64,000 nucleotides of DNA, from sequence record NC_070882.1. One strand, 5' to 3'. Under the pieces are notes generated by a model. The model had not been told where the DNA came from. It did no database searches and saw only the letters and a program-made list of their open reading frames with translations. Positions 1 to 12,403 of this stretch are shown here, piece by piece. The translations under genes were made by a program, and so were the position numbers. The number at the start of each line of letters is the position of its first letter. The stretch's first letter is position 1.

Positions 1-1382
1 ATAGACTTGTACATAGAAGCATCATCAACGGCTTGTTCAAACGAACGACCAGAGATCATGCCAACTTGATACAGTTCAAATGCTTTTTGTCCAACAGGGT
101 CTACTAAAGCGTCACCGCTACTAAAAGCAGGTACGACCGATTTAGTTACCGGGGCTGTCTCTACTTTGAGAGTTGGTGTTTTATTGATCGGCGCCGTTTC
201 GAGCGGATCTTTCTCGATGACGAGAGTAGTTTTCTCAAGCTCGGATTCAGGCGGTGGATCATAAACAACTTCGAGCATCCCGAGATCGAGTAATGTGCTA
301 ACATTAGATCCAGTTGCATTGGAATCATCGATCGCATCAATGTCGTTAGCTTCTTCAGTTTCTTCAGCACGTTCTGTAACTTCTTCGACTTCTTCGTCGT
401 CTGTGTCAACCTTATCTTCGGGTTCGATCGGGTCAGTGATCTTTGGAGTTTCAGGTTCGACTTCCATTAGAGTGTCGTTACCATTATTGAACTCAACCAA
501 AGTAGTCAACAGGCTGATAACTCGACGTTGCATTACATCCGGTTTATAGAAAACTTCAAGACCGAGTTCATCCACAAAACTTTCAGTAGCTACGGTCTCT
601 TGTTCTGCTATTACTTCTGGTGCATCCCGCCATGCTTCAAGTTGTCCAAGGTTAATAACAAAGAAGTTATTCTGGACACGAATCAGGAAGTTAATCTTTT
701 CATAAGCTTCTTTAGGTACGATCGACATATAAGACGAAGATCGATTATCACCAAGGAAACGATAAAGATCGAAAACGTTTAATACAGCGTTAGTACGGAA
801 TTTCTCAAGTAGTGCCTGAGTGGTGCCGCGCTCTAACATCTTAAATTCATTAAACGTTGGCATGGATTCTGGAATATGGAGTTCGATGAACTGATTCCAA
901 CCAAAGCGTTTATGTACATCAACAACACCTTTCCAGAAAGTAGCGGTGTTGTTACTCCAGCGATACCAGTTAGATTTGAAATTAGCTTGGTACTTCCAGA
1001 GTGGGTTTAGCATGCTGTAGTTAAACACAGCAACGTTTTGAATATTGAGTTTTACAGCCGCATCTTTACGCAGTGGTTTGAAGAAACGGTGTTGGCGACG
1101 GAAATCAGCTTCAAGGGTAGTCGGAATAAGAGAAGTACGCCGAGCGTTACCATCGAGTGTTTCTAGCTGTGTAATGTGTTCAATGAACACCTTTCCCTGC
1201 AACTTAGCAAAGAGGGGGTCCGATTGACTCGGACCCTTTACAGCAGCGTTGTCATCAAGGAACTGATACACTACCTCTTGGGGTAGCTCTAGCTTCGTCA
1301 ACGGGAACAGACGAGGACGCAGTAGTTCGCCTGAGTTTCGAAGACTGTAATTCTTCAGAAACTGATGAATTTTCAAACGCAT
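1..1382 (-). CDS. Virion RNA polymerase beta-like subunit, N-terminal part (phiKZ gp178-like); runs off the left edge
   Basis: Not in the ORF track. Manual translation from ATG at 1382 (MRLKIHQFLKNYSLRNSGELLRPRLFPL...) stays open to position 1. It lies directly downstream of the gp180-like gene, as in phiKZ-like phages. No catalytic motif falls inside the window, so the identity rests on synteny. Confidence 0.75.
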   Translation of the reverse strand, partial: MRLKIHQFLKNYSLRNSGELLRPRLFPLTKLELPQEVVYQFLDDNAAVKGPSQSDPLFAKLQGKVFIEHITQLETLDGNARRTSLIPTTLEADFRRQHRFFKPLRKDAAVKLNIQNVAVFNYSMLNPLWKYQANFKSNWYRWSNNTATFWKGVVDVHKRFGWNQFIELHIPESMPTFNEFKMLERGTTQALLEKFRTNAVLNVFDLYRFLGDNRSSSYMSIVPKEAYEKINFLIRVQNNFFVINLGQLEAWRDAPEVIAEQETVATESFVDELGLEVFYKPDVMQRRVISLLTTLVEFNNGNDTLMEVEPETPKITDPIEPEDKVDTDDEEVEEVTERAEETEEANDIDAIDDSNATGSNVSTLLDLGMLEVVYDPPPESELEKTTLVIEKDPLETAPINKTPTLKVETAPVTKSVVPAFSSGDALVDPVGQKAFELYQVGMISGRSFEQAVDDASMYKS

Positions 1383-1384
1383 GG

Positions 1385-3037
1385 TTAAATCCTACTTTTC
1401 GGTTCCCCAGTCATATACCGGAGAGTTAGATTAAGCGTGTGGATGTTGACACTGAATGCAAGACCACCACCAGCCTTGATATAAGCTAAACGAGATTTAA
1501 AGAATCGATCGGATTCTTCAATAGCTTCTTTAGAATACACGGCGTTGAATGACACGGTATCACCGTCGAAGTCCGCACCAAGAGGAGCAAGTATAGACGG
1601 GGAAATAGACGTGGAGTCATGCCATTGCGCCGGTTCGTTAATAGTGATGATTGGATATTCTAATGCGATCTCAGCATTAGTATCTCGTTCCCAGTCCCAA
1701 CCAAGTGGGTAGCGCATCTCACCTTTAACAGTTGTCTTCACGTACATCTTTACAGGAATAGAACTGTTATAGTTCTCAACAGGGTAACGAGTAACGAATG
1801 CGGAGTTTCTTTTCCACATAGGTAATCCGCTTAGGTAAATCAATTCAGCATAGGAAATAGGACGCACGAACTTCTTGTCGAGCTTCTTCGGCATTTCTTC
1901 AATATCCCTAAAGATCTTGAAGTTTTGCTTGTCATCAAGATAGACCAATGCCAAATAATGCCCAGTGATCTCAATTGCACGAGAACGCTTTTCGATGACC
2001 TTTAGTTCACCAATAACACGTTCAAGACCTTCGGGAGTTCCCCATAGGTCCATCTCTTCGTTACTAATATTAACCCATTCCAGTTTCAATGTCTTCTTAT
2101 TGATAAGCTCAACACGAGTAGAGAGACTATCGAAGACTTGACCGACAACACCATTGCGTAAATGGTAAATAGTCTTTGGTTTAACGGATACAGCTGCTTG
2201 ATAAATACCAATTACAGCATCTTTGAACTTAGGACGGTTTGGCTGATCAAGATCAGCAGCATTGGTATCAAGCGAACTAATAACGTTACGAGTACCATTA
2301 AATACTCGACGAGATGCCCATTTCTGTTGAATATAACCACCCTTGCCAGATAATAGGTTTTCGTAATGGTTATAAATCGCAAGAGCAGTCAACTGCATCG
2401 AAGTACGCTTACGATCATAAATACTCAGATCGTCATTAGGTCCGAAATATTCAGGAACACCATAAGACTGGTTAAGCAGATATCGATAGTGTTCGTTAAC
2501 TTCGTCCATCGATACACGGCCATCAACATCAATCTCGGCCTCACGATATGCAGCTGGAATAACGAGCATGTTTTTGAATGTACAGTTTTTCATGTACTTC
2601 TTCATCAACTCTACCCGTACTCGACGAATAGATGATTTAGTTTCACCGAAATCGATCTTCTTCCAGTTATCAAAGAAAAAGGCGTAACCGGTTTTACCTT
2701 CAAGCTCATTGGAACGTACGAAGTCTTTAGCAACTGGATCAAATACAGCGAATGATTTACCAAGAATGATCTCTTCGTAGAAAGCCTTTAGTTTAATAAG
2801 GTTACGATAGATCACAGGGTGGATAATCTCAAGACCCATGTTGATATAACCGAATCGACCTTCACGTTCAGTAGAGCCTACTCGTCCGAAAATCTCTACG
2901 GAGAATAAACCTTTCTCATGAAAGTTACCACCGGTACCTTCGAAGATCTCGTGGCTAGTTACTTGTCCCAACATCGAAAGCTGTGCTTGGGTCGGAATCA
3001 AAAGATCAATGTTGAATGGGACTAGTGCCTTCTTCAT
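1385..3037 (-). CDS. Virion RNA polymerase beta-prime-like subunit (phiKZ gp180-like)
   Basis: 550 aa; catalytic motif LGADFDGDTV near the C-terminus; beta-prime-like GYIN...IIHP and RNVIS motifs; divergent from the gp181-like gene. Confidence 0.9.
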   Translation of the reverse strand: MKKALVPFNIDLLIPTQAQLSMLGQVTSHEIFEGTGGNFHEKGLFSVEIFGRVGSTEREGRFGYINMGLEIIHPVIYRNLIKLKAFYEEIILGKSFAVFDPVAKDFVRSNELEGKTGYAFFFDNWKKIDFGETKSSIRRVRVELMKKYMKNCTFKNMLVIPAAYREAEIDVDGRVSMDEVNEHYRYLLNQSYGVPEYFGPNDDLSIYDRKRTSMQLTALAIYNHYENLLSGKGGYIQQKWASRRVFNGTRNVISSLDTNAADLDQPNRPKFKDAVIGIYQAAVSVKPKTIYHLRNGVVGQVFDSLSTRVELINKKTLKLEWVNISNEEMDLWGTPEGLERVIGELKVIEKRSRAIEITGHYLALVYLDDKQNFKIFRDIEEMPKKLDKKFVRPISYAELIYLSGLPMWKRNSAFVTRYPVENYNSSIPVKMYVKTTVKGEMRYPLGWDWERDTNAEIALEYPIITINEPAQWHDSTSISPSILAPLGADFDGDTVSFNAVYSKEAIEESDRFFKSRLAYIKAGGGLAFSVNIHTLNLTLRYMTGEPKSRI

Positions 3038-3104
3038 TTCAAATTTCCTCTTAGGGGTTACAAAAAGCTAAACGATATGATTGTTTATATCGATGGAGTT
3101 GACC

Positions 3105-6100
3105 ATGGCTACAAAAAAGACCAAGCTGCCAAAACCTGCTGGGATGAATGCCCAGAACAGAATTGGTGTACTTGACCTTAATGAGCTGGACGACCTGTTT
3201 GATGATGTCGGTGAAACCACCAAACCTGGTGATCCAGTAACCGATTTCAAATCTGGTCTGAAAGAGGGCTTCCTCGGTGGATTGAAAACCAAAGACATCG
3301 TAAGGAATTTCTTACGAAGCGCAGCGCCTGATGGTTTCGCGCGTCTTTTTGGTGCCTATGATGATGTAATGGCTTCGGTAACCGATATCAAAGATACGGT
3401 CGAGAGAGTCAATGCATCCGACCTAGATTACCTTGGTCGTAAAGCACAGGATTATCTACCCCAGTTAAAAGATCGCATTCCAAATGCCTTATACGAAAAT
3501 ATCTCTGATACGCTCACCAGAAAGGTTGAACAATATCAGTACGAAGTGGATTCCCAAAGGGACCAAATCGCTATTCGTCGTCGTCGGCAAGAAAATGATG
3601 ATGCAAATGTAATTAAAGCTGCTCTCGATCAGAATACGCTGGTAAGCAGAGAAAACTTCCAACGTAGCGAACAGGGTGCAGTTGCCCGTGCTGCTGTTGA
3701 AAGAGCAGAACGTGGAATTCGTGATAAAGTAAGTGCAGGGCGCTTTGACTTTATGTCCCGCTCGATGGGGATGGCTGTAGATAGTCTGACACGTCTTGTA
3801 GGATATAACGAACAAGTTAATTATGGAATTCAACGTAAAGGTCTTGAACTTCAATTCCGTACCTACATGGGTATTCGGGATCTTGTTAAAGTACAAGAAG
3901 CTAACCTTGAATTGCAGAATAAGGCTTATGAAGCATTAGTTCGTAATACCGGGCTACCTGACTATAAGAAAGGTAATGTTGGTGATTTAACCAGCTTCGG
4001 TTCAGGGCGCGGGCGCGGTAATATTCTCGGACGCCTAGCTGGCGGAGCTGCACAAGGCCTTCATGGTTTCTTAGGTGGTTACGGTAATAAAGTAAACGAA
4101 CGTGTTGCCAGTGGCCTGGGCGGACGTCTATCGGAGATCGTCGCTGGGTTACGCATGGGCGACATGGCTGGTTCATCCGTTTGGGATAACCGTTATAAGT
4201 TCGCTGGTCAAATCGCCGGTGAATACGGGGCAGATATCCTTAAGTCGTCTATTGTTCCATGGGCAGGTCGTAAAGTTCGTCCAACTATGGAAAAACTATC
4301 CAACCGTTTTGGTGGACGACATCATCAGGTTGGTTATGCCCTAGATAACGTTCCAGCATATTTGCAAGAGTTCGTTAATAACTATCAAAACACTTATGGT
4401 TTCCGTGGAGTTATCCGCGATGCTATTATGCCATTCGTTCCTCAGTATCACCTGAATGATCGTCTGGAAAACGGAAACTATCAAACAATTGATCAAGGCG
4501 CGGCCTTTAACCAATTGACACAGCGTAGTATCGTTGAAGTCATCCCTGGTTACTTGTCTCGTCAGCTTCAAGAATTGCGAATGATTCGTACTGGTCGCGA
4601 TGATATCGAGCGTGAAGTATTCGATATTACAACTGGTCGATTCGAAGTTCAATCGCTGTCGGACGACCGTCTTCAGAAGAAGATTATTCCAGCAGCTGCG
4701 ATTCGAAGTGCTAGTGGTGCTATTAACGACACATTGAATTTGATGGACGAAGAAGGTAAACTTTCTCCAGCTGCACGTAAGGCACTTGGGGAACGTATGC
4801 TTCGAGATGCATCTACTAACCGTAGATTCGATCCAGAAGCTTACCTTAAAGCTGGCGGTTATATGGATGGCTTAGATGCCACCACCACAGATGAAATTCA
4901 AAGGTTCTTCAAGAGTAAGTTCCAGTACGACGATAAAGGTAAAATGGCGGATAACGCTGATAACCATCGTCTACGTGATGAATACTCGCGTGCCTTCCTC
5001 GATATTCGTTCTGTAAGTCGTGACCCAGTTAAAGAAGTACATCGTCTAATTAATGCCGGTCAAACCGAGCCTCTTCGGATGCTTGGCATTATCATTACTG
5101 AACAAGGTCAAGATAGAATAAACTATAACCGTATTTGGGAAATCATGCGCTCCGGCGTGACTGATACAAACCCATGGGTTAATGGTGACTATCAACCTGA
5201 AGCTTCTGGTGATATGAATGATAAGAACTTCTTTGGTCCTGCTTACCCAGGTGCAGCTAAAGCCAATGCGCTTAATGCAATGCACCGCTTCCGGAATAAG
5301 CATGCTCCACAGGAAGATCGAATCAAGAAAGAACTATCGCGCTATAGCCGTATTGCTCAAGGTAAATTCCAGTACCTGAACAATAAACACGGTGCCGGTA
5401 TCCAAGACTTTGCTAACAACATGCGAAATGGCCAATTTGGTCCTTACGTAGCTGGTCTGCAAGGAGCTTGGAATAATGCGGGTATTATGGGTCAAGATCT
5501 CTATTCTAAGTCTCGTGCTAAGTTTGGAGAACACATGGATCAGTTCCAGAATGATCCAACCCAATATGCAATCGGTCAGAAAGATAAGATCATCGATGTG
5601 TTCACGAAGTTTAATCCAAATGAACCCATTATTAAAGGTATTGATTTTGTTCAAGGTAACCTTGTTGACTTTAATACCAAAAAGATCATCGAATCTGTAC
5701 ACGACATTACCGGTAAGGTTGTTTCTACAACTGGCATGACGGTTCTAACAGCATCTGAAGTTGCCCAAGGTCTGTTTGATAAGAAAGGAATGCGTCTTGA
5801 ATTACCTGCCTTCATGAGCAATGCAGCGGACAAAATCCGCGGTGCTCTAATGGGTGGACAAACTCCTCCGGCTCAACAGTTTGCTGAAGGTGAAAACGCA
5901 CAGCAAAAACAAGCAGCTGAAGATGATAAGCATGACTGGTATTTGGATGGTGAGCAAGAACCTACTATCTCTGCTCGTGGTCTAAAGAACGGCGAATACT
6001 TCAACGCAGATGGTGACCAGATTAATTCGATGCAAGACATCAAAGGTGATGTACTTGATAAGAATGGATCTATCATTGCAACTGCTAAGGAACTAGCTTC

Positions 6101-9100
6101 TGGTCTATGGTCGCGTGCTACTCGTAAACGTTGGCGTCTTACTAAGACAGGTCGGCGTCTAGCAAATGTAGCGGGCTGGGGTGCCAAGTTCATGGCAACG
6201 AATACATCTACCTTAGCGTGGTCCGCACTGAAGTTTGGTGCTAAGACTGCGATCGGTATGGGTTCGGCCCTATTCAATTTCACGATTGAAACTCAGAATG
6301 CTTATTTACCTGGTGACGATGTACCTGTACTCGAACGAAGACTGGTTAACGCTGGTAAGTACTTCGACGATAAAGGTCGCGTAATTGAAAACTTTGGTGA
6401 TGTGTATGGCACGATCTTTAACGAGAGAGGCGAACCTGTAATAGAACCATCTCTGTATAAAGACCTTAAGAACTACGACGGTACCAAACATATCTTAGCT
6501 AAGAATAAAGGTATCATCCGTAAGACTGTATGGCGTGGTATTCGCGCTGCTCGTTCGAAGTATATCGATGCTTCCATGAAGTACATGGGTTGGGCATTGA
6601 AGAAGACGGGTAAGTTCTATGGAGGTGCAGCTAAGAAAGTGTTAGGTGGTTTCGCTAAAGCGGGTGGTAACGTTCTTGGACGTATCTTTGAACGCGTACC
6701 ATACGAAGACTTCGAAACAACTGATCAAGTACTATTGGGTCGCATTCTTGAAACTCTTCAAGCACAAGTTCCAGAAAAGCTCCGGGCTGGTAGTTGGCAG
6801 GATAAAGCAGAAAAGGCCAAAGAAGGCGCTGCTGGCTTGATGGATAAATTGAAGGGTAAGGGAGATGGCGATACCGGTAAAGCTGAAAATAAAGTCCTGA
6901 AGGGATTGTCAGATGGACTTAAAGGTATCTTCAGTAAACTTACCGGTACAGAAGGTGAAGAAGGCTCTGGTGCGTTCGACGTGCTGATGGGCGGTGGTAT
7001 GAAAGGTGGCGCTAAAGGTCGTTTAATGGGCCTTGCTAAACGCGCAGTTCCTTGGATACTTGGTGGTACAGCTGCCACAGTGGGTACAGGTGCTATGGCT
7101 TATGGTTATAGCAAAGATGGAATGGATGCAAAGCAGACAGGTATTCTGACTGCAATGAGTCTTAATCCACTTGGACAATTAACTGCTCGCTATATCCTGA
7201 AACCTATCTTTGGTCAGATGAACGATCAAAGAGCAGAGTTCCGCCGACTCAGAATGCTACAGTACGGTATTACCGATCACGATCAACAACAGAAAGTTTC
7301 TGCACTTGAAGATGCTTTTGATCGCGTAACCGAACGGACAGAAGAACCCGACTTTAATATCAGTGGAGTTGGTGGTAAGGCTATTCTTGATATTCTTGGC
7401 ATCGATGTTAAGAATGAAGTTCAAGTAATGCGTATGTCCCGCTGGTTGGAAATGCGTTTCCGTCCGGTCTTCTTGACTTGGGTTAAAGCACTAGCTAAAC
7501 TCAAAAAGAATGAAGTCAAACTCGTTGACATTGATAGTAAGTTCCCTCAAGAATTGAAAGGACCATTAGTTAAAGCTGTTAAGATTTCTGTATCGGGTGA
7601 TACACCAATGCAGTATCGTGTTGACCCATTCTCCGAAGAAGGCGAATTGGAAGACACTATCCCAGCAGCTGATCAACTTTGGAAAGCTCTATACGTTCGT
7701 TATAAAGCGGGCGAGAAGAAAGATGATACGGTACCTGCTACAGCGGCTAATACCGAAGTAGCTACCAAAGCTCAGGATATCGCCAAGAAAGCGGCAGATA
7801 CAGCAACTGGTAAAACCGCACCGAGTCCAATGGATCCTACTAAGTCAGCAATGCCCTTGGCTGCTGCTAAGAAGGCTTTCCCTGGTCTGGGTGGTTCAAC
7901 AGGTGCTCCAATCGTTGCGACTTCGGCAGCTACTACTAAGCTAACTGCACTCCAATCCATCCGGATGCGTGCCTACGGTTTGGAAGTACTGAGTTTCTAC
8001 AACGTCTATCCTCTTCTCAATGCTGAAGCAATGGTATTCGATGGTCTATCTATTCAGGGCGGTGTTCCTGAATTCCGTGGTGACCTAGAATCGATCATGC
8101 AGGAAACAGCACCGTTATTTGGTAAAGATATCGTTGGTAACGATGAGGATCGTTCTACCTATTACGATTGGTTCGTTGGTCGTTTCATGCCTGTTGCTCG
8201 TGCTTACTACGGTGCAATGCGTAATTCGACTCAAGGAACAACCATTGCGAACATGGAATCTAAACTCAAACCCAGTGATGCTGTTATTGTGGGTAATGCC
8301 GTATTGGGCGTCACTAATTGGGACGGCTCTAGTGTATGGCAGGTTGATTCTATCTTCCCGATTAAGGGTAGCAAAGACGATCTCAAGAAAATGGCTGAAG
8401 CTGATTTGGAACAATTGAAGAAAGATGCAAGCAAAGACATCATGTCTACGCCGACTCAATCTGCGGGTGACCAAGCAGCTGGAACACAAAACGCAGCCGC
8501 TGGTGGTAGCTTTGCCGAGAGGGCAATGGCTTCTATCTCGAATACTTGGGAGTCTGCTAAAGAAACAGTAAGTAACGCATGGAGTAATACCAAGGCAGCT
8601 GGCGCTAAAGCAATGGATTATGTATCCGACGCTGCGGCGAACACACAGTACAAACTTGGTATGGCTGGCGAGGTATCTGCAACAGGTCGTACATACGGAA
8701 CCCTGACAAAGGGTAACGGTGGAGCTTGGGAACAGATTCCATATCCGAAAGCCAATAAGTCTCGTCAAGCAGCTGCTGAAACATTCCAAGCAGTTGCAGC
8801 GATGGTCGGTATTCCAGTAGAACTTCTGTTCATCTTCGCATCGCTTGAGTCTGGTTTTGATTACACCGTCAAAGCTAAGACATCGTCTGCAACCGGATGG
8901 TTCCAGTTTATTAATAGTACCTGGGACGCAATGTTGGCGAAACATGGCTCCAAGTTCGGTATTCCTCCAGACGACGCCCAACGTAGTTTACGTGTTGATC
9001 CTCGGATCAACGCCTTAATGGGTGCATGCTTCCTTAAAGATAACTACACCTACCTTAAAGATGCATTAGGACGCGATCCAACAGACGTAGATCTTTACAT

Positions 9101-9875
9101 CGCTCACTTCATGGGACCAGGTGGTGCACGTAAGTTCTTGACTCGTAATCAGGATACCATCGGCGCATCGGTCTTCCCTGAAGCAGCATCTGCTAACCGA
9201 CCGATCTTCTACAAGAAAGGTGGACAACCTCGTACTCTCGGGGAAATCTATCAAATGTTCGAAGAGAAGATTGCAAAGCATCGTGGTGGAGCTGAAGGTA
9301 GTTCTGTAGCTACACAGGAAGCGGGTAAAACCATGACTCCGGAAGAGGCGACAGAAGAACAAGCCAAGGCTAATGCTAAGGCGTCTGCTGCCGAACTTTG
9401 GAATACTGATGATAGTAACAATGCTGGTAATGCAGCGGTTGCTCGTGAAGAAGCATACAGTGCCACTGGTACTGCTGCCCAAACACCGGTACTTCCTGGT
9501 ATTACTCCAATGAACCCCGTGGGTGGAACAACTACTAGCGGAACTAATCCATCTGCTGATAGTGGCGGTAATGTTATCCAAGCCCAACAAGAAGCAGCTC
9601 TTCAAGCAGCACAGCAACAGAACTCGACTCGTCAAGCTGAAGTACGTCGTAATAACGAGAAGGCTCAACAGATCGATGATATCCAAGCTGAGCAGCTTAA
9701 GACGCTAATTGAGATGCGTGATCATCTCAAGCGTTTGGTACAACTGAACGAACAAAAGGACAGTAGTATCAAAGAAGCTTCGAAAACCCAAGCCGGAGGA
9801 AATAATAGTATGACCTCCACGTTAATGAGAACGACCGCGGCTCAAAATCGCCCGTCACCCCTCTCGTTAACTTAA
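3105..9875 (+). CDS. Giant tail-associated peptidoglycan hydrolase / lytic transglycosylase (phiKZ gp181-like)
   Basis: About 2256 aa from ATG 3105 (GGAG RBS upstream). C-terminal SLT motifs [32 protein letters not shown]. Size and position next to the RNAP beta-prime gene match gp181. Confidence 0.9.
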   Translation: MATKKTKLPKPAGMNAQNRIGVLDLNELDDLFDDVGETTKPGDPVTDFKSGLKEGFLGGLKTKDIVRNFLRSAAPDGFARLFGAYDDVMASVTDIKDTVERVNASDLDYLGRKAQDYLPQLKDRIPNALYENISDTLTRKVEQYQYEVDSQRDQIAIRRRRQENDDANVIKAALDQNTLVSRENFQRSEQGAVARAAVERAERGIRDKVSAGRFDFMSRSMGMAVDSLTRLVGYNEQVNYGIQRKGLELQFRTYMGIRDLVKVQEANLELQNKAYEALVRNTGLPDYKKGNVGDLTSFGSGRGRGNILGRLAGGAAQGLHGFLGGYGNKVNERVASGLGGRLSEIVAGLRMGDMAGSSVWDNRYKFAGQIAGEYGADILKSSIVPWAGRKVRPTMEKLSNRFGGRHHQVGYALDNVPAYLQEFVNNYQNTYGFRGVIRDAIMPFVPQYHLNDRLENGNYQTIDQGAAFNQLTQRSIVEVIPGYLSRQLQELRMIRTGRDDIEREVFDITTGRFEVQSLSDDRLQKKIIPAAAIRSASGAINDTLNLMDEEGKLSPAARKALGERMLRDASTNRRFDPEAYLKAGGYMDGLDATTTDEIQRFFKSKFQYDDKGKMADNADNHRLRDEYSRAFLDIRSVSRDPVKEVHRLINAGQTEPLRMLGIIITEQGQDRINYNRIWEIMRSGVTDTNPWVNGDYQPEASGDMNDKNFFGPAYPGAAKANALNAMHRFRNKHAPQEDRIKKELSRYSRIAQGKFQYLNNKHGAGIQDFANNMRNGQFGPYVAGLQGAWNNAGIMGQDLYSKSRAKFGEHMDQFQNDPTQYAIGQKDKIIDVFTKFNPNEPIIKGIDFVQGNLVDFNTKKIIESVHDITGKVVSTTGMTVLTASEVAQGLFDKKGMRLELPAFMSNAADKIRGALMGGQTPPAQQFAEGENAQQKQAAEDDKHDWYLDGEQEPTISARGLKNGEYFNADGDQINSMQDIKGDVLDKNGSIIATAKELASGLWSRATRKRWRLTKTGRRLANVAGWGAKFMATNTSTLAWSALKFGAKTAIGMGSALFNFTIETQNAYLPGDDVPVLERRLVNAGKYFDDKGRVIENFGDVYGTIFNERGEPVIEPSLYKDLKNYDGTKHILAKNKGIIRKTVWRGIRAARSKYIDASMKYMGWALKKTGKFYGGAAKKVLGGFAKAGGNVLGRIFERVPYEDFETTDQVLLGRILETLQAQVPEKLRAGSWQDKAEKAKEGAAGLMDKLKGKGDGDTGKAENKVLKGLSDGLKGIFSKLTGTEGEEGSGAFDVLMGGGMKGGAKGRLMGLAKRAVPWILGGTAATVGTGAMAYGYSKDGMDAKQTGILTAMSLNPLGQLTARYILKPIFGQMNDQRAEFRRLRMLQYGITDHDQQQKVSALEDAFDRVTERTEEPDFNISGVGGKAILDILGIDVKNEVQVMRMSRWLEMRFRPVFLTWVKALAKLKKNEVKLVDIDSKFPQELKGPLVKAVKISVSGDTPMQYRVDPFSEEGELEDTIPAADQLWKALYVRYKAGEKKDDTVPATAANTEVATKAQDIAKKAADTATGKTAPSPMDPTKSAMPLAAAKKAFPGLGGSTGAPIVATSAATTKLTALQSIRMRAYGLEVLSFYNVYPLLNAEAMVFDGLSIQGGVPEFRGDLESIMQETAPLFGKDIVGNDEDRSTYYDWFVGRFMPVARAYYGAMRNSTQGTTIANMESKLKPSDAVIVGNAVLGVTNWDGSSVWQVDSIFPIKGSKDDLKKMAEADLEQLKKDASKDIMSTPTQSAGDQAAGTQNAAAGGSFAERAMASISNTWESAKETVSNAWSNTKAAGAKAMDYVSDAAANTQYKLGMAGEVSATGRTYGTLTKGNGGAWEQIPYPKANKSRQAAAETFQAVAAMVGIPVELLFIFASLESGFDYTVKAKTSSATGWFQFINSTWDAMLAKHGSKFGIPPDDAQRSLRVDPRINALMGACFLKDNYTYLKDALGRDPTDVDLYIAHFMGPGGARKFLTRNQDTIGASVFPEAASANRPIFYKKGGQPRTLGEIYQMFEEKIAKHRGGAEGSSVATQEAGKTMTPEEATEEQAKANAKASAAELWNTDDSNNAGNAAVAREEAYSATGTAAQTPVLPGITPMNPVGGTTTSGTNPSADSGGNVIQAQQEAALQAAQQQNSTRQAEVRRNNEKAQQIDDIQAEQLKTLIEMRDHLKRLVQLNEQKDSSIKEASKTQAGGNNSMTSTLMRTTAAQNRPSPLSLT

Positions 9876-9882
9876 TCAATGG

Positions 9883-9908
9883 AGCCTCCCTTCGGGGAGG
9901 CTTTATTT
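9883..9908 (+). terminator. Intrinsic terminator
   Basis: AGCCTCCC-TTCG-GGGAGGCT followed by TTATTTT, right after the gp181-like stop. Confidence 0.8.
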
Positions 9909-9930
9909 TCCGCTAAGAAGGGAAATCAAA

Positions 9931-11907
9931 ATGGCAACAGATGTTAAGCCCATTTGGTTGCGCCAAGCTTTCTTATTACCTATTAATGACAATAAGAACT
10001 CGTATGGTTCTCAGACCAAACGGCGTTACGCTAACTCGGCTGCTTTCAAATTTACAAATACGTCGTTGGGTGGTAGTTTCGCTATTAACCCTCTCCCACA
10101 ATACACACGCTATGCTGATATCCGTCAGCCTGGTCGTGGTCGTACCTATGAAGATCGTTTCTTAGGTATGGGTCGTTACTATTCGGAAGCACATGACGAT
10201 ACTAAACAAGAAGTACACATGTCGTTTGGTGTTCCACGTTATTCGAGTTGGACCTCGTTCTTCACGAACTTCTATGATCGTTCAGCTGCTGGTTTAGCTA
10301 ATACCGGCGTTACATCCGATCTTTGGTACAACCTTGGTAACGTAACAGGTTATTTCATCACCCTGCCCCTTCAACCATTTATTCTTGGGGTAACTGGCGT
10401 ATCTCGTGTTATTAGCTTCTTGACTAAATCGCAGCCTTCTAAGTGGTTCTATTTTAAACCAACTATGCACGCATACTGGTCGTCTGTGAATACATTGGCT
10501 AACGAGTTCGCCATCGCCCTGGGTATGGTTCCTCGTATTCTAGATGATTCTCAGCGGCCATTAGAAGACCCAGGCCACCGGGTAGGGTTAGATGACGTTA
10601 AGCGAATGCATGAAATCTTCCCAGGTTTCTTCCGTCCAGATGGCGGTGTCGATGTAATGTCTTTGGCTGGCCGTACGCAGCGCATGTCAGACCAAGCTCA
10701 AAAATCAATGCGAGCAATGGCTGAGAAAGCACGTACCTTAGCAGAACTCCGGGCAGGTATCGAATCTGAAATGGCTAAAGCTGTAACAGACCCTAAACCT
10801 GGAGCAGATGCGCGTGATTATTTCTTGAAGTATTTAGAAGCAGATAAGAAACCATCCGAGAAGAATGGTGTTATCGATACTGAAAGTTTTAGCAGCTGGG
10901 GCGAGTTGAAGAACGTGTACGACTTCGTTGTAGGTGCACAGCGGGATGGTTCTCAGTTCGTTACATTCCGTGTCGACTATAATGGCGAAGTATCCGAATC
11001 CTTTACTAACACTACACGTGATGTGGGTGTTGTACAAACCTTGAATACGAAAGTAGGTGAGGGCCGCGCAGCATCGTTTGACTTCATGGGTGGTAATATC
11101 ACTGAAGGTGTTGGTGCTGTTACGGATATGCTTAAAGGATTTATTTCAGGAGCACTAGACTCTGTTAACTTATCCGGTCTTGAGACTTTGGCTGGCGCAG
11201 CTTTCGTTGATGCACCTGAGTACTGGGAATCGGCAATGGCGTCCTTGCCATCTGCCTCGTATACTGTTCAATTGATCTCTCCTTATGGAAATAAAATATC
11301 CAGGTTCATGAACATATACGTACCACTAGCCATGATTCTCCCAATGGGATTACCAAGGTCAGCTGGTCGAAGTGCTTACACCTCTCCGTTCATCTGTCAG
11401 ATTTTCCATAAAGGTCGAGTACAGAGACAATTGGGGATCGTGGATAGCATTCAAATCCGTCGTGGTGTCGGTAACGTTGGTTGGAACGCAGAACACGAAA
11501 TGCTTGGTTGCGAAGTAACCTTTAGTGTTAAAGACCTATCTAAGTTAATGCATATCCCACTGAAGGCTGGCTTCGCTAGTCCAAGTTGGTTGGGTACTGC
11601 TGGTCGTGCTATTTCTGCTACAGCTGGTGAAGCCGTTGCTGGCGATGGTGGTATTGCTACTGCGCTTGCTCTTACTGACGGAGCGGTGTGGGATGAACAA
11701 AGTCTGTTCCAAGATTACGTGTCGACTCTAACATCGCAATCGTGGGCAGATTTCTATTACGCTGGTAAACGTTTGAATCTTAACCTGACTCGTGCAGTTC
11801 AAAGTTTCAAGTCCTGGCGTAGTCCTTCGAACCTAATGTCTTGGGTTCTCGATGGTGTGGTCGCCCGTACGGTCTCTGCCTTCGCTCAAACTTCTGATCG
11901 CTTTTAA
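9931..11907 (+). CDS. Virion structural protein (phiKZ gp182-like, tail/baseplate)
   Basis: 658 aa with AAGGGA RBS; follows the gp181-like gene as in phiKZ synteny. Confidence 0.65.
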   Translation: MATDVKPIWLRQAFLLPINDNKNSYGSQTKRRYANSAAFKFTNTSLGGSFAINPLPQYTRYADIRQPGRGRTYEDRFLGMGRYYSEAHDDTKQEVHMSFGVPRYSSWTSFFTNFYDRSAAGLANTGVTSDLWYNLGNVTGYFITLPLQPFILGVTGVSRVISFLTKSQPSKWFYFKPTMHAYWSSVNTLANEFAIALGMVPRILDDSQRPLEDPGHRVGLDDVKRMHEIFPGFFRPDGGVDVMSLAGRTQRMSDQAQKSMRAMAEKARTLAELRAGIESEMAKAVTDPKPGADARDYFLKYLEADKKPSEKNGVIDTESFSSWGELKNVYDFVVGAQRDGSQFVTFRVDYNGEVSESFTNTTRDVGVVQTLNTKVGEGRAASFDFMGGNITEGVGAVTDMLKGFISGALDSVNLSGLETLAGAAFVDAPEYWESAMASLPSASYTVQLISPYGNKISRFMNIYVPLAMILPMGLPRSAGRSAYTSPFICQIFHKGRVQRQLGIVDSIQIRRGVGNVGWNAEHEMLGCEVTFSVKDLSKLMHIPLKAGFASPSWLGTAGRAISATAGEAVAGDGGIATALALTDGAVWDEQSLFQDYVSTLTSQSWADFYYAGKRLNLNLTRAVQSFKSWRSPSNLMSWVLDGVVARTVSAFAQTSDRF

Positions 11908-11923
11908 TACAGGAAACGCAATA

Positions 11924-12394
11924 ATGTCTATCATTCGCAAAATCGCTCTGAAACTCCTTGGTGTTGAATCCGTACTGGAACTGGCCCGTTCTGAAATTAA
12001 AGGTAATGACCTGGCTCAGCTCGCATCGACTCTTCCGGTTGATACTCTGACCAATCTGTTGGTTGGTAAGTCCGGCGTTCGTAACTTCGCCGAACTGGCT
12101 ACCGGTTATCTGGAAGCTGAACAGTATCGTGGACAGAACCTGGAAGCTGAACTGCGTAAACTAGTTCGTAAATACACCGCTGGTGCACGCATCAATGCGT
12201 CCATTGAAAATATCGCAGTCAATGCCCTGATTGGTGGTGTGGCTGAAGTTGAAAACAGTAAGGAACGCAATATTCTGAAGCGTAAGGCCGCTGCCATGGC
12301 GACTATTCGTGCACAGATGCCGGGTATCGCTAAAGCTGACGGTAACTACGCTGTAGAACTGCTTCTGCAAATTGTTAAAGTCCGCTACTCTTAA
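11924..12394 (+). CDS. Hypothetical protein, possibly virion-associated
   Basis: ATG 11924 after AGGA; strongly expressed-type codon usage; N-terminal G-V-E motif. Confidence 0.7.
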   Translation: MSIIRKIALKLLGVESVLELARSEIKGNDLAQLASTLPVDTLTNLLVGKSGVRNFAELATGYLEAEQYRGQNLEAELRKLVRKYTAGARINASIENIAVNALIGGVAEVENSKERNILKRKAAAMATIRAQMPGIAKADGNYAVELLLQIVKVRYS

Positions 12395-12403
12395 GGTGAA
12401 CTG

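Noticed and set aside
161-1227. Short ORFs 161-409, 295-549, 528-782 and 1045-1227
   Set aside because: They are shadows of the long minus-strand frame running from 1382 off the edge.
3489-9686. Many minus-strand ORFs inside the gp181-like gene (e.g. 8115-8981, 9066-9686)
   Set aside because: Antisense shadows from codon bias; no RBS or motifs.
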